DNA of 63,132 bases, the filler included, from Octopus bimaculoides (lineage: Eukaryota): assembly GCF_001194135.2 (NCBI RefSeq). It is 4 parts of 4 records of this genome, joined end to end, with 100 filler letters (N's around TTAATTAATTAA, not from the genome) between each part and the next. Parts side by side here need not be neighbours in the genome. Positions count along the whole stretch, not along the records: positions 1 to 26,374 come from NC_068983.1; 3 more parts are not named here. One strand, 5' to 3'. The notes below the pieces were generated by a model, which had not been told where the DNA came from, ran no database searches, and saw only the letters and a list, made by a program, of their open reading frames with translations. Shown here piece after piece: positions 12,720 through 24,434 of this stretch (position 1 is the stretch's first letter; every line of letters begins with the position of its first letter). Made by a program: the position numbers and the translations under genes.

Positions 12720-13130
12720 TTTTTATTTATTAGAATTTTTCTGAAGAGTGAGCTGTTTTCCAATGAAGTAACAAAAGCTCTGTTACTGGAATTTAGATAA
12801 CAACAATAATAATTGTTAAATACTGAACTTTAGGAAAATCTTGTTATATTTTTTATTGTTCCACTTACAGATTGTATCTGTAAAGCATGTATTAACTGGC
12901 TTCTTTCTTTACCAGAGAATCCTAGCTTTTCCAGATTGTCGCTTAGATATTTACTAACATAACCAAATGCACCAATGATTATTGATATAAATGTGAATTT
13001 ATAATCAGGTTAAGGGAGTTGCAGGTTTCAAAGCTGCTGTCTGTGAATATTTTCCTTCCTGCTGATTTCGGAAGATATATTCGTGCATTACTCTTGTCTC
13101 TCTCTGCCAGACTACTCCTGCAGCCTAATG
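12720..13130 (-). mobile_element. R4/Dong-like LINE endonuclease C-terminus and 3' UTR
   Basis: PDYKFTFISIIIGAFGYVSKYLSDNLEKLGFSGKERSQLIHALQIQSVSGTIKNI; 3' UTR shared with 18830-18950. Confidence 0.85.
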
Positions 13131-13376
13131 CCACTTTGTTATCTCTTTCTCCTTTTTTGTTCATGCCCCTATGCACCCAGTTTGATTTGATACTCACTGC
13201 ATTCCCTTTCCTTTCCCCCTCTCTTCCCACAGTCTTGTGAATTCCCTGCTCACACACCCTGTCCTATCCTCTCTACCACTCCACATACATTCATCTCTCT
13301 GTAGCATGAGGGTATGCCCTGACACATCTTCATCACCATCTTCTCCCTCTCTCCTCCAACTGTGGTAGCCAACATA

Positions 13377-13490
13377 TTAGGGTGTTTGAGAAGTAATTGC
13401 GTTTTACCAGAACTCATTTCTTTCTTTACTGTTCAGCAGGTGTTGTCTGCATGATACAACGTGACATTCAAAGGCTGTTTGGACTGGCCT
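13377..13490 (+). mobile_element. Mariner terminal fragment lying inside the R4-like element
   Basis: TA|TTAGGGTGTTTGAGAAGTAATTGCGTTTT resembles mariner TIRs (recalled similarity to TTAGGTTGGTGCAAAAGTAATTGCGG). Confidence 0.4.
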
Positions 13491-13499
13491 TATGCCTCT

Positions 13500-14056
13500 A
13501 CTGCCATCACTTCATTTCACACAACTCCCATCAGTGTCACTGTTAATGTGGAAGTTGCCAGTGGTGGTCAGTACCTTCCTAGTTTTGATGTCCAGGATGC
13601 AAATCTCATCAAGTGTCCAGTCCAATATCCCAAATGTTGGTATTAACACTGGCACCACAGAAGCATTGTGAGATATGATCTTGTTACATGCAGACATGCC
13701 TGAGTTTCATATTCCAGAGTCTACAAGACTACTCTTTTGTTATTCTGGCTTCAGTCACAGCACCAACATATGCATCATTCTCATTGATTCCAATATTCTT
13801 ATAGTTTTCACCATTAGAGATAAGGAAGATAGACAAGCCATTGATGTACATATTCTGTCTGGCTGACTATCATGTGTGAGCATCTGTCTGGCCCAAACTC
13901 CATTCCTATGTCTAATGAGAATTTAATTTTGTGACTAGTTTTAATTGTCTTTCAATGTTGTCCATGTTACGAGGATATAACTTTAGGTCATCAACAAAAA
14001 ATGTGTGGGTGATATTAATTTTATTCTTTTCAGCATATCCCAGCACGTAGCCTTGG

Positions 14057-14060
<4 letters not shown>
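13500..14060 (-). mobile_element. R4/Dong-like LINE reverse transcriptase fragment
   Basis: KINITHTFFVDDLKLY (RT catalytic motif) and NKIISHNASVVPVLIPTFGILDWTLDEICILDIKTRKVLTTTGNFHINSD; collinear with 12720-13130, so probably one decayed copy. Confidence 0.9.
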
Positions 14061-14106
<46 letters not shown>

Positions 14107-14514
14107 GTATGCATGCATGTATGTGTGTGTATGTATGCATGTATGTATGTAAAAATTGAAATACAAGTGATTTTTATTTCTAAGAAGAACAGAAAAAGAA
14201 ATATCTAGTATAATCTATTTAGCATGAGGATAGACATTATTTCATATAACACAGGTGAAAAAGACAGAATGGCAAGTGTGCATCTCTCTAATTAACAAGC
14301 AATTCTATGAAAACCTCAATTTCCATCATTTGTTCAATGAAGCAGAAAACTGAGCTTCAGTTGCAAGTCAAATCTTTCCAACATCGTAAACAAATACAGC
14401 ACAAAAATCTTACAGACATTTTAATAACTATTATGAAACTGACATAATATAGACTTCTGCCTCTGAAGAAATAATAATTCTGGAGGAAGCATATGCATAC
14501 ATACATACAATACA

Positions 14515-14545
<31 letters not shown>

Positions 14546-14853
14546 GTACATACATTATACACGCATACACACACATATGCACAAACATACATAGATCATC
14601 GTTATCATCATCGTCATTATGTCTGCTTTTCCATGCTTGCATAGGTTGAGTGGAGTTTACTGAAGCAGATTTTTTACAGCTGGATACCCTTCCTGTTGCC
14701 AGCATCCATATGTTTCAAAGCAAGGTGATGCTTCCCCATGACCAGACATGCTCTTGCAGAATACTGGAAATGAATGATTCATTTACAACAGCCAAGAGAT
14801 GTCAAGAAAAGGAGATACAAACATACACACACTCATCCATACTTACAGATATA

Positions 14854-15625
14854 CAGGGTGTGATGGGTAAATTGGCACCATTTTATATTTTTAATTTCAT
14901 GCATGTGCATTGTTTGTTTTTGATTTTGTCAATTACACAGTATAGTAGGGTCAGTTGGGCACCATCCGTGAGAAAAACAGCACCATGGCACAATTCATTC
15001 TGCCAGAAATTTGAAAACAACCTGCTGTACTACTTAGCATTCATGCTGGAAGACCCAATACATATGTTTCAGAGTATTTGGGTGTCAATCTAAGGACAGA
15101 TTGTTCCCAAAACGAGAGTGATAAAAATCAAACATCCAGTCAACATCATGGTGTTTGGAGTCATCACTAGTGATGGCAACATTATGCCTCCATTCATCTT
15201 CCCTCACAGCCTGAGACTCAACACGGAGGCCTACATCAAGTGCCTGAAGGAGGTAGTACTGCCCTGGGTCAAGAAGGTGGCTGCTGGAAGACCTTATGTC
15301 TGGCAACAGGACTCTGCACCATGCCATACAAACAGGAGAACTCAGTTATGGCTGTCAGACAATTTCTGTGACCACGCCACCCTAACATCTGTCTACCTAA
15401 CTCCCCAGACTGCAACCCTCTTGATTATTATGTGTGGGCACAGTTGAGTGAAAGACCCACAAAGCTCCATGTAACACCAAAGATGAACTGAAGGCAAGGA
15501 TTATGGCAACATTCACCAACTTAAACAAGGAGACTATCCAGAAGAGTTGCAGGAGATTCTGAAATCATCTAGAGGCTGTGATTGAAGCCAATGGTGATTT
15601 TATTGAATACATTTACTCTTTAGTA
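14854..15625 (+). mobile_element. Tc1/mariner DD37D (maT-like) transposon relic, internally deleted
   Basis: TA|CAGGGTGTG start; KHPVNIMVFGVITSDG...RPYVWQQDSAPCHT...then frameshifted PNSPDCNPLDYYVW; no right TIR seen. Confidence 0.9.
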
Positions 15626-16819
15626 TTTTAAGGTATTTTTATGCAATTTAAATGTCTTTTTTTTTCCCCCATGCTGGTATGGATTGGAAGGGTTTTGCTA
15701 CTCATCAAGAGTCTAAGTCATCTAACACACAGTAACAGAGAAAACCCATGCTTGTCATTATGTTGTGTTTACAGCATGACTTTTATGGCTGGATGTCCCT
15801 CTTATCTTGAACCACTTTACAGCATGGACTGAGCCACTTTATTGTATCTCTGGCACTATAGAAGTTGTCTTTGTTCTATTTACTCTTCATTGTTTCCATT
15901 TGTTCCTCCCTCTTTCATGTATGTGTGAGTAAAACACTTCATTTTAATCTGATATCTACAAATATAGTTTGATTGTTGAAAATGTTACAACTTTCTTGAA
16001 ACAGAAAGAGAATATGGATGACCTAATTAAACTGAAGGGTTAAAAAAATAATATGTTGAAAACTAGTTTGTAATATGAAGATAAAATTATCTGCTTTAAG
16101 TGTGCTATTCTATTCTAATCACATATTCTAAGGAGCTAATGACTAGCAGATAACTTTGGGTCATGGGCTATAAATAGACAGCATATCATTAGATTTAGTA
16201 ATGATGTTCTCTTAACTTACGGAATTTACATAAAAAGCCTGCAGGTGATGGCAAGTATTTCACTGCTTTCTAATCATCTCACAGTATATAGCTAAACATT
16301 GAGAATTGATTTTTTAAAAACCGTGTATTAAAGAAAAGCTAATGTTTTTTAGCTAACACAGTGATTTTAGATGATATAAACAAATGTTTGTTATCTCTTC
16401 TATGAACAGAAAAAGTTTGGACCTAGTTCAATTCCTCAGTAGAAGTCAAGTACCTAACCTTGTCTGCTAATGGGGAGATACACAGTTTATAATTATTTAA
16501 ATGTTGTTGCTTCAGTAAATCAGTTGGCCTGCCGAGAATAAATAATACTTTGCTGGTCATTTCTTTCAATTAGTTTAATAAATCTTCTATCGACTCTGTT
16601 TGATCAATTGAACGATTTACTTTTTGAATTACCGAGTGATGTTGTTGAGTATTCCACTGACATGTTGCCTTTAATGTAATTCTCAGGGAGAAACTGCATG
16701 ACTTTTGAATTGCAGGTACAATCCATCCAGTGAGCTTCCATCCAATCTCACTTACATGACTTGGGTTGACTCAAGGCTTTGGTTGACCATACTGTATCCA
16801 TACATTCAATTAATTTATA

Positions 16820-17185
16820 TCACTCACTATATTCACTGAGGTCAACTTTGCCTTTTATCCTTTCAGGATTGATACAATAAGTACAAGTTGAGCAATGGGA
16901 TTAATATAACTGATTCAACCCCTACACAAAACTGCTGGCCTTGTGCTGAAATTTGAAACCAATATTACTCTATACTAAAAGGTGGTGAGCTTGCAGAACC
17001 ATTAGCATGCTGGGCAAAATGCTTAGTGGCATTTCATCTGCCATTACATTCTGAGTTCAAATTCCAGTGAGGTTGACTTTGCCTTTCATCCTTTCAGGGT
17101 TGATAAAATAAGTATCAGTTGAGCACTGGGGTTGATGCAATCAACGTACCCCTTCCCTCAAAATCACTGGCCTTGTGCCGAAATT
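16820..17185 (+). mobile_element. Two tandem Meta/MESC-like SINE copies (first partial)
   Basis: Both carry gaggtyractttgcctttyatcctttcagg..tgata.aataagta; second has the full head aaggtggtgagcttgcagaa. Confidence 0.8.
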
Positions 17186-17363
17186 TGAAGAGACATTTGA
17201 CACTGGAAATATAAAATATACGTCTACATTTGTCCAAAACTACAGTGCAGTGACTAAAACACATTAATCTGATACACATTCAAAAACTATATACTATTTT
17301 AGTGTTAACATTATTTACATTATTTACATTTGACGGATATTTGTCCTCATCTTGTTTGTTGTT

Positions 17364-17409
17364 AACACAACATTTCGGCTGATATACCCTCCAGCCTTCG
17401 TCAGGTGTC
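17364..17409 (-). ncRNA. Minimal hammerhead motif (family 1), inverted arm copy
   Basis: GACAC-CUGACGA-A-GGCUG-gaggguauau-CAGCC-GAAA-U-G-UU-GUGUU; C>U change in the helix III palindrome. Confidence 0.7.
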
Positions 17410-17533
17410 TTGGGGAAATTTCGAACCTGGGTTCTCATTCCTAACGATGTTACTATTATTATATTATTATTATTATTATTATTATTACTATTATTAATCA
17501 GGTCGCTGCCGTGAATCGAACTCGGAACCTTGG

Positions 17534-17600
17534 CATATGGCGTAGTGGTTAAGAGCGTGGGCTACTAACCCCAAGGTTCCGAGTTCAATTCATGGCAGCG
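17534..17600 (+). promoter_or_regulatory. tRNA-Ile(AAU)-like Pol III head (A and B boxes); not a functional tRNA
   Basis: TGGCGTAGTGGTTAAGAGCGTGGGCTACTAACCCCAAGGTTCCGAGTTCAATTC aligns with recalled eukaryotic tRNA-Ile GGTTAGAGCGTGGTGCTAATAACGCCAAGGTCGCGGGTTCGATCC; anticodon and acceptor stems broken. Confidence 0.75.
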
Positions 17601-17745
17601 NNNNNNNNNNNNNNNNNNNNNNNNNNNNNNNNNNNNNNNNNNNNNNNNNNNNNNNNNNNNNNNNNNNNNNNNNNNNNNNNNNNNNNNNNNNNNNNNNNNN
17701 NNNNNNNNNNNNNNNNNNNNNNNNNNNNNNNNNNNNNNNNTAATA

Positions 17746-17776
<31 letters not shown>

Positions 17777-17833
17777 TATAATAATAATAGTAATATCGTT
17801 AGGAATGAGAACTCAGGTTCGAAATTTCCCCAA

Positions 17834-17879
17834 GACACCTGACGAAGGCTGGAGGGTATATCAGCCGAAACGTTGTGTT
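17834..17879 (+). ncRNA. Minimal type I hammerhead ribozyme motif (family 1)
   Basis: GACAC-CUGACGA-A-GGCUG-gaggguauau-CAGCC-GAAA-C-G-UU-GUGUU; 5-bp helix I (one G.U), 5-bp helix II, palindrome AACGUU replacing helix III. Confidence 0.8.
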
Positions 17880-18829
17880 AACAACAAACAAGATGAGGAC
17901 AAATATCCTTCAAATGTAAATAATGTTAATAATTCCTCATCTCTTAAATATAGAACTGTATTATTTTAGTGTTATAATTAATTGAATAAGTAGCCAATGA
18001 AACACTATCTCTGAGATTTAGATCAACTTATTTACTTCAGTAAGTACAAGGGCAGTGTTAGAGAGAGAGAGCACAAGCATTTAAAATGGGTCAAAAGCCC
18101 TGTAAATTCAGCCACACAGAGAAACTCCATATATGTCATAATCATTTTATTTTACAAAGAAGGAACTAATTAGGATTTTCCAACATATGGCAGATGACAA
18201 TCAACTATTCTTTGCAGAGAGTTTTTGGATACAATGAAGACTAACAGGAAGTTCTAGAGAGTTTGTTGGTGTCCATGCATTAGGAGCAGTCAGATTGGAA
18301 AAGAATACTCAGTTTAAGGGAGGCTGTTGTTGACCAGATTAGTGACCGCAGCAGGAAGCTTACACCAGTAACGCATAAACACCTATACATGTAGGAGCTC
18401 AGGCAATGGAAGATGTGGCTGCAGCTTATATGTTCTTATCTGCATGCACATGTATGCAAGAGTGTTAAAAATAAGATGAAAATGAAATCAAAATGACAGA
18501 AATAAAGATAAAAATCATTTTTATAGAGGCATTCTAGATTATGTAGATATGTTAAAGCAGGTGGGAGTGTATGAGGATGAATATTTTTGTGTATGAGTGT
18601 GTATACTTATGTATGACATGTGAATGTCTGAATGAAGAAATGCTTCTGCGTGTGCATATGTATGCATGTACATGTATGTATATGTGTAAAGGTTTATGCA
18701 TATGTACTTCAGTGAATGAGAGCAAAATTCTGCCCATGAAAGTATATCCATGTATAAGTGTGTGTGCATATGTATGTGAATGGAAAGAAGTAAGAGTGTA
18801 TGTGTATGCACATGTGTGTGCGTTATTTT

Positions 18830-19130
18830 ACTTTTTTAGTAATTTCAATCTTTCTTATAAGAAAGGAGCTGGTTTGTAACAAAAAAACAAAGCTTTATTC
18901 CTGGAATTTTGATAGCAAAATAATTATCGTACTGAACTTTAAAAAAGTATTGTTATCTCTGCTGTGCTGCTTACAGATTGTATTTGTGAAATGTATGTTA
19001 TCTGGTCACTCTTCATGCAAATTTCTTCCTCTGGTTGAAAAAAAAAAGCCAGCCTTTCAAGATGGTCACTTCAACATTTACTAACGAAGCCCAATAATTA
19101 TTTGTATAAATGTGAATTTATGTTTCAAGC
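18830..19130 (-). mobile_element. R4/Dong-like LINE 3' end
   Basis: KFTFIQIIIG...QIQSVSST; 3' UTR alignable with 12720-12830. Confidence 0.75.
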
Positions 19131-19189
19131 AGAGAAATCTTATGTTTAAATGTGTGCATATTCATATGTATGTACTCATATATACATGA

Positions 19190-19290
19190 CCAAAAGCATG
19201 GATGGCATTGCATATGTGAATCTTATTACATGCTGAACTTTATGAATGTCTTACATATTTTGACAGTACCTTTGATAAATTGTAGCAGTA
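19190..19290 (-). mobile_element. R4/Dong-like LINE 3' tip, second subfamily
   Basis: QFIKGTVKICKTFIKFSM* followed by UTR taagattcacatatgcaatgccatccatg; same as 22185-22270 (QSTIKICKIFKKFRV*). Confidence 0.7.
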
Positions 19291-19733
19291 ATCTTATTAG
19301 GTTGTTCTGTTCAGTTTTGTAAATCTCATCTTCACTAGCTTGATACTGAGGCAAATAGTCATATATCTGAGTGCTTCAATTGTTAAAAATCTTAAAGTTG
19401 TAGTCTGAATAGAGTACCTGCAGACTTCTCATCAGTTCAGCATAAACATTCTCTCTATCACTAATCTTTAACATTAGGCTGACATTTGTTGGACAACTGA
19501 TTTCAACTTCTGTGTATAGTTTCTTTCTTTTACCCCAAATTACTATGTCTGGACTGTTTTGCTTGATATGTACATTCCACTAGTATTCTTTCAAATTATG
19601 TGTGGTTATACCTTTCACATTACCTTAGCTTATATATTTCTCTCCTCTGGGTTATGTTTTCCATGGATTTGGTTACATAATGTTCTAGCCAAAACAAATA
19701 TGTTGCTTATTAGTTGTAGTATTGAGTTCACAA

Positions 19734-20312
19734 GTGGAGGCACAATGGCCAAGTGGTTAGGGCAGCGGACTCGCGGTCATAGGATCGCGGTTTCAATTCC
19801 CAGACCGGGCGTTGTGAGTGTTTATTGAGCGAAAACACCTAAAGCTCCACGAGGCTCCGGCAGGGGATGGTGGTGAACCCTGCTGTACTCTTTCACCACA
19901 GCTTTCTCTCACTCTTTCTTCCTGTTTCTCTTGTACCTGTATTTCAAAGGGTCAGCCTTGTCACACTCTGTGTCACGCTGAATATCCCCAAGAACTACGT
20001 TATTACACACGGAACTTCTTGAATATTTTACATATTTTAATAGTGCTTTGACAGAACGTAGATGTATGGATGGATGGATGGATGGATGCGTGTATATATG
20101 TATGTCAGTCTCCCTGTATGCATGTATGTGTGTGTGAAAGTTTATGTGAGAATGTATAGATGTAAATCAGGTGAGAGACAGAAAGAGGGAGAGGGAGAGT
20201 GCATGTATGTGCGCTTAAGTATGCGTGATGATCATTTTAGTGTATGCTCAGCCACTTGCACGTTAATTTCATGAGCAGGCTGTTCCGTTGATTGGATCAA
20301 CTGGAACCCCCG
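19734..20312 (+). mobile_element. Young tRNA-derived SINE interrupted by a ~243-bp local insertion
   Basis: Head tggccaagtggttagggcagcggactcgcggtc...ggtttcaattccc; body stops at gaactacgtta (~20001) and resumes tgctcagccacttgcacg (~20245). Confidence 0.75.
20000..20245. repeat. Local duplication of 22204-22465
   Basis: First ~80 bp nearly identical, and shared (GGAT)n and gtgtgaaagtttatgtgagaatgtatagatgtaaatcaggtgagag. Confidence 0.9.
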
Positions 20313-20791
20313 ACAATTAAAAGGTTATGGGTCTGATTCCTGACCAAGCAGTACATTTTATCCTTCAGTGAGGCACTTCATTTCACAGTGCTCCATTCCA
20401 CTTAGTGAAAAATGAATACCAGCCAAGTGTTGGCACAGTCCACTTCCCCTTCAGTTGTCACATCCCAGACATTTCACTGGATTAAAAGTTGGAAGACTGA
20501 GTAGGTATTTATGTCTACTCACAGCTACATGTCCAACTAAAACAATTAGCAAAAGCATGGTACATGTCACCCTGTCATACTCACTTAAAATTGAAGGTTA
20601 TGTACTATTGTGTATGTATATATGGTTGTATGAATGTAAGTGAATGAAAAGAGAGAGAGAGAGTTTGTGCATGTGTGGAAGAGAAAAATGTATGCATGTA
20701 TATCTATGTCAGGTTGCTCTGAGTGCTAATGGTAACTTGTAATTCAGTGTAGTATGTTACATGACTTGGTTATCAGCAATTTAAACAGTAC

Positions 20792-21003
20792 CTCAACCAA
20801 ACTAGCTTTGTATGGCAGGTTGCTAGAAAACCAAGCAGGACAAGAACAAGGCCTGGCAAAACGATGACTGACATAACGGCTAGAAGAAACTCTGATGTAA
20901 AAATGAGGTTTCTTCCAATTCCTGGTAATCCTAACGAATGTTGGGTAAGCTGTTCTACCCAATGAATGTTGGGTAAGTGGGAGGCAAGTTGTTCTAAAAG
21001 TAT
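20792..21003 (-). other. Candidate exon or decayed RTE-LINE C-terminus (unresolved)
   Basis: Minus: acceptor ccatttacttttcag|ATA, donor GAG|gtactg, two open frames, one with a hydrophobic stretch FLLAVMSVIVLPGLVLVLLGFLA. Plus: KLALYGRLLENQAGQEQGLAKR* resembles the RTE LYG...GR..KRW motif. Confidence 0.25.
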
Positions 21004-21055
21004 CTGAAAAGTAAATGGAGTTTTGTGCGCATGCACACACACACACGCATGCATA

Positions 21056-21089
<34 letters not shown>

Positions 21090-24000
21090 TCATCATCTAT
21101 TTTTTGATGCTTGCATGGATCAAAGTTTGAGGTAGATGCCTTTTCTGTCACTAACTTCCACCTGATTCCGAGTAAAGTAATATTTCCCCCCCATGACTAG
21201 ATGTGTTTTTGTAGAATATTGGAAGACGAAACACACACACACATTTAACATGATATGACATAGTCTTTTCAGTTTCCCCTCTACCAAATCTACTCACAAG
21301 GCTTTGGTTGACCTGACACTTGGAATTGAACCTGGAACTATGTGGTTGAGAAACAAATTTCTTACTACACAGCCATTCTGCACTCATTATAATCAATTTT
21401 GTACACATGACCTTAGAAATACAAACTGACAATAGGCTTTTCAAAAGTGATTACAGACATTGCACCAGTTGGGATATCATGTATACATCAGCAACAATAA
21501 AATACCACCTCTTTTAGCAGTTTCCTTATTTCATAGGACATTCACTAATTGTAGCATTGGTCGCAAGTGTTAATTTTTTTTTGATTATCTACACAGCTAT
21601 GTCATGGAAATGGTCATACTCAGACATGAGTCGACTTCCGCAATCTGTGTGTGTGTGTGTGTGTGTGTGTGTCATTATTCAGTTTTGTTTCTTGCCAATA
21701 GAGAAAGAGCTTCTTTCTAACCTAGATGCAAGATTCCTTCATTGGAATTTGAACATCAACAACAGGGTATTTTTGTATGTATGTATGTATGTATGTATGT
21801 ATATGTGCAGGTTTGAATGTTTTGTTTTATATATATCTAGACATGCTCATATATGCTTAAATGATGTATGTGTGTACATAAGTATGTATGTATGTATGCA
21901 TGTAAGTAAGTATTGCTTGTATGTATATGTGTGTATGTAAGTATTGTATTATGCATACATGTATGTGTTTGTATGTATGCAAATATGTATGTTTGGTTTC
22001 CTTGCTTTATTTTTTTCAGTTTCTCACCAAAGGGGAAAGACTCAGTTTCTAGCCTAAAAACAAGAGTCTTTGATTGGAATTCAGACATCAAGCAGGGTAG
22101 TCTTGTATGTACATGCACATGTATGTATGCATGTTCATACATATGCATATAACTCATGTAAGTGCAAATGTACACATAGGTATAAACATGGATGGCATTG
22201 CATATGCGGATCTTATTACACACGGAACTTCTTGAATATTTTACATATTTTAATAGTGCTTTGACAGATCGTAGATGTATGGATGGATGGATGGATCGAT
22301 GCATGTATATGTGTATTTCTGTATATATGTATGTCAGTCTGCATGTATGTGTGTGTGAAAGTTTATGTGAGAATGTATAGATGTAAATCAGGTGAGAGAG
22401 AGAGAGTGCATATATGTGTGCTTAAGTGTGTGTGGATGTGTGTGTGAAGATTATTTTAGTGCATGCACAGAAAGAGAGAGAGAAAGAGAAAGAGAGAATG
22501 TATGTATGCATGTGAAGGAGACAGATAAATAAATAATGAGGAAGTGTGTAAGTGTTTACGCATGAGTGTGTATGTATGTATGTAAGTCTGCGTGAGTATA
22601 GAAAGTCAACATATATGTATGTGTATGTGCTCTGCCAACAGTTATGGTAATATAATCAGATTGTTTAACAGGTTTGCTATAACAGAACAGTAACAAGAAA
22701 GAAAGAGACAAAAAAAATGGAATTATAGTTGAGAGAACTGAAAACTAGAAAATAATGCAAAATATATGAGAGAGAGAGAAAGAGAGAGACAGGAGAAGAA
22801 AGAAGAAGAAGAAAACTGATGATGGTGATGACAACAATGATGATCATGATGGTCGTGATGACAAAGGCAGAAATAAATAAATGTCAAAAATTTAACTTGT
22901 CTGTCACTGATTGAAAAATAAATATTGATTATAGCGAGTGATGAAAGAATTTAATAGATTAGATTGAACTGGGGAAATAATAAAATATAAACTGTTGTTT
23001 AGTCTTAGGTTGTTCCTGATTTGACCAGAGAAAGAGAGAGAGAAGAGTGTTGCACAGTAAAAGTAGAATCTGTTATTGTTTAAACCAGGTGAAGGTAACC
23101 CTTTTTCAGAAGGGAGCCATATGAGTCATGGCCCATCATAAGGCAGGCCACACTACTAAATAATTTCATGGTAAATTTTCATTTAGAATGCTATTCAGAA
23201 AGTCTTGTAGGTTGCAGGTTGTCCAAGACTGGTTTAGGCTTCTTCAAGAGGAATTATAATAGAAAGTGTCCTGGCCATGGTTAATTTGTGGCCTTACATC
23301 TCAACACAACCTACTTCTAACATATGACTTCCACTGGAACAATTTAAATTTGAATCTGGCTCTAGTCAGCCAGATTTAGATTTAAATGTTATTCGTTTCT
23401 CCAACTATACTGCCGAGGATAAATCTTAGCTGGATTTGAACTCAGAAGTAAAAGACAAAAGAGTTGATATCAGAAAATATCTCATTCAAAACCAGCTCTG
23501 AGTTATATATTGTTGCTGTTGTGGCGGTGGTGATAGAGGTGGCAGGGACAACAATAACAGTTGGTCTTCTGACTGAACCAAAGAAGGCTTCTCAAATTGC
23601 TGATACAATCTGCCAATTGCAACTCCTGACAGAAGTATTACTGCCTTTTGGTGAAAGGAAAGGATTTGAAGTAAAAATTCAGAGTGCCAGAACAGATATC
23701 ACAATGCATTTCTTATGACGACACTCTAACAAGTCCAAATTGGACTTAGAATAATGCAGAGAGTTGAAACAAATACTACAAAGTAAACTATCCAATGCTT
23801 TAATAGCTCTACCAATATCTTTGTATTAAAAAATATCACTTTCTCTTTGATTTGGAAGAAAACACAATTTCAACTTAGCAAGGTCTTTAATAAAAAAAAA
23901 AAAAAAAAAAAAAAAAAAGACCTGCTGCTAAGATACGGAATGCATAAAGAGATGAAATGTTACTTATCCCTCAGGTCAGATCTGATTGAGCATACCCATG

Positions 24001-24434
24001 GTCAAAACCATTTCAATCATACACATCCCTTCTTTTTATATATCTAGTACTACCTTGCCAAATGTGTCCTTCCCTTTTTTGTTTTTTTTAAGACAGTGGA
24101 GTGCATTTTGAGGAAATCTGGCTGCAAAATTTTGCAGAGGTAGGTCATATAGATGCTCCTTCACTAGCTCCAGAGGTAAAGATGCTTAGTGACTTATTCC
24201 AATTTGTGAACAATAATGTCATTCACAACAGGACAATCAGTGGTTTACTTCAGTTGTTATGAAGAGAATTACAAGGAAGTATCAGTAACTTGGTACAGAA
24301 CAAATATCACAAAGGATTTCAGTTGAACAGCTCTGGTTTTTCAGTTTTATGACTGATACTTACATCAGTGAAATATAGACACATACATGCACACTATATA
24401 TATATAATGTATGTGTGTATACATCAATCATCAT

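Larger units (their letters stand above)
17308..17961 (+). mobile_element. Fold-back element: inverted truncated arm + tRNA-like head + (AAT)n + hammerhead tail, 13-bp TSD
   Basis: 17308-17533 is the reverse complement of 17571-17933 (across a 140-N gap); TSD tattttagtgtta at 17295-17307 and 17962-17974. Confidence 0.9.

Noticed and set aside
17534-17600. A functional tRNA gene with anticodon ACT
   Set aside because: Anticodon and acceptor stems do not pair; it is the head of a repeat
23500-23640. Minus frame AVILLSGVAIGRLYQQFEKP
   Set aside because: Apparent acceptor derives from an adjacent SINE head and there is no convincing donor
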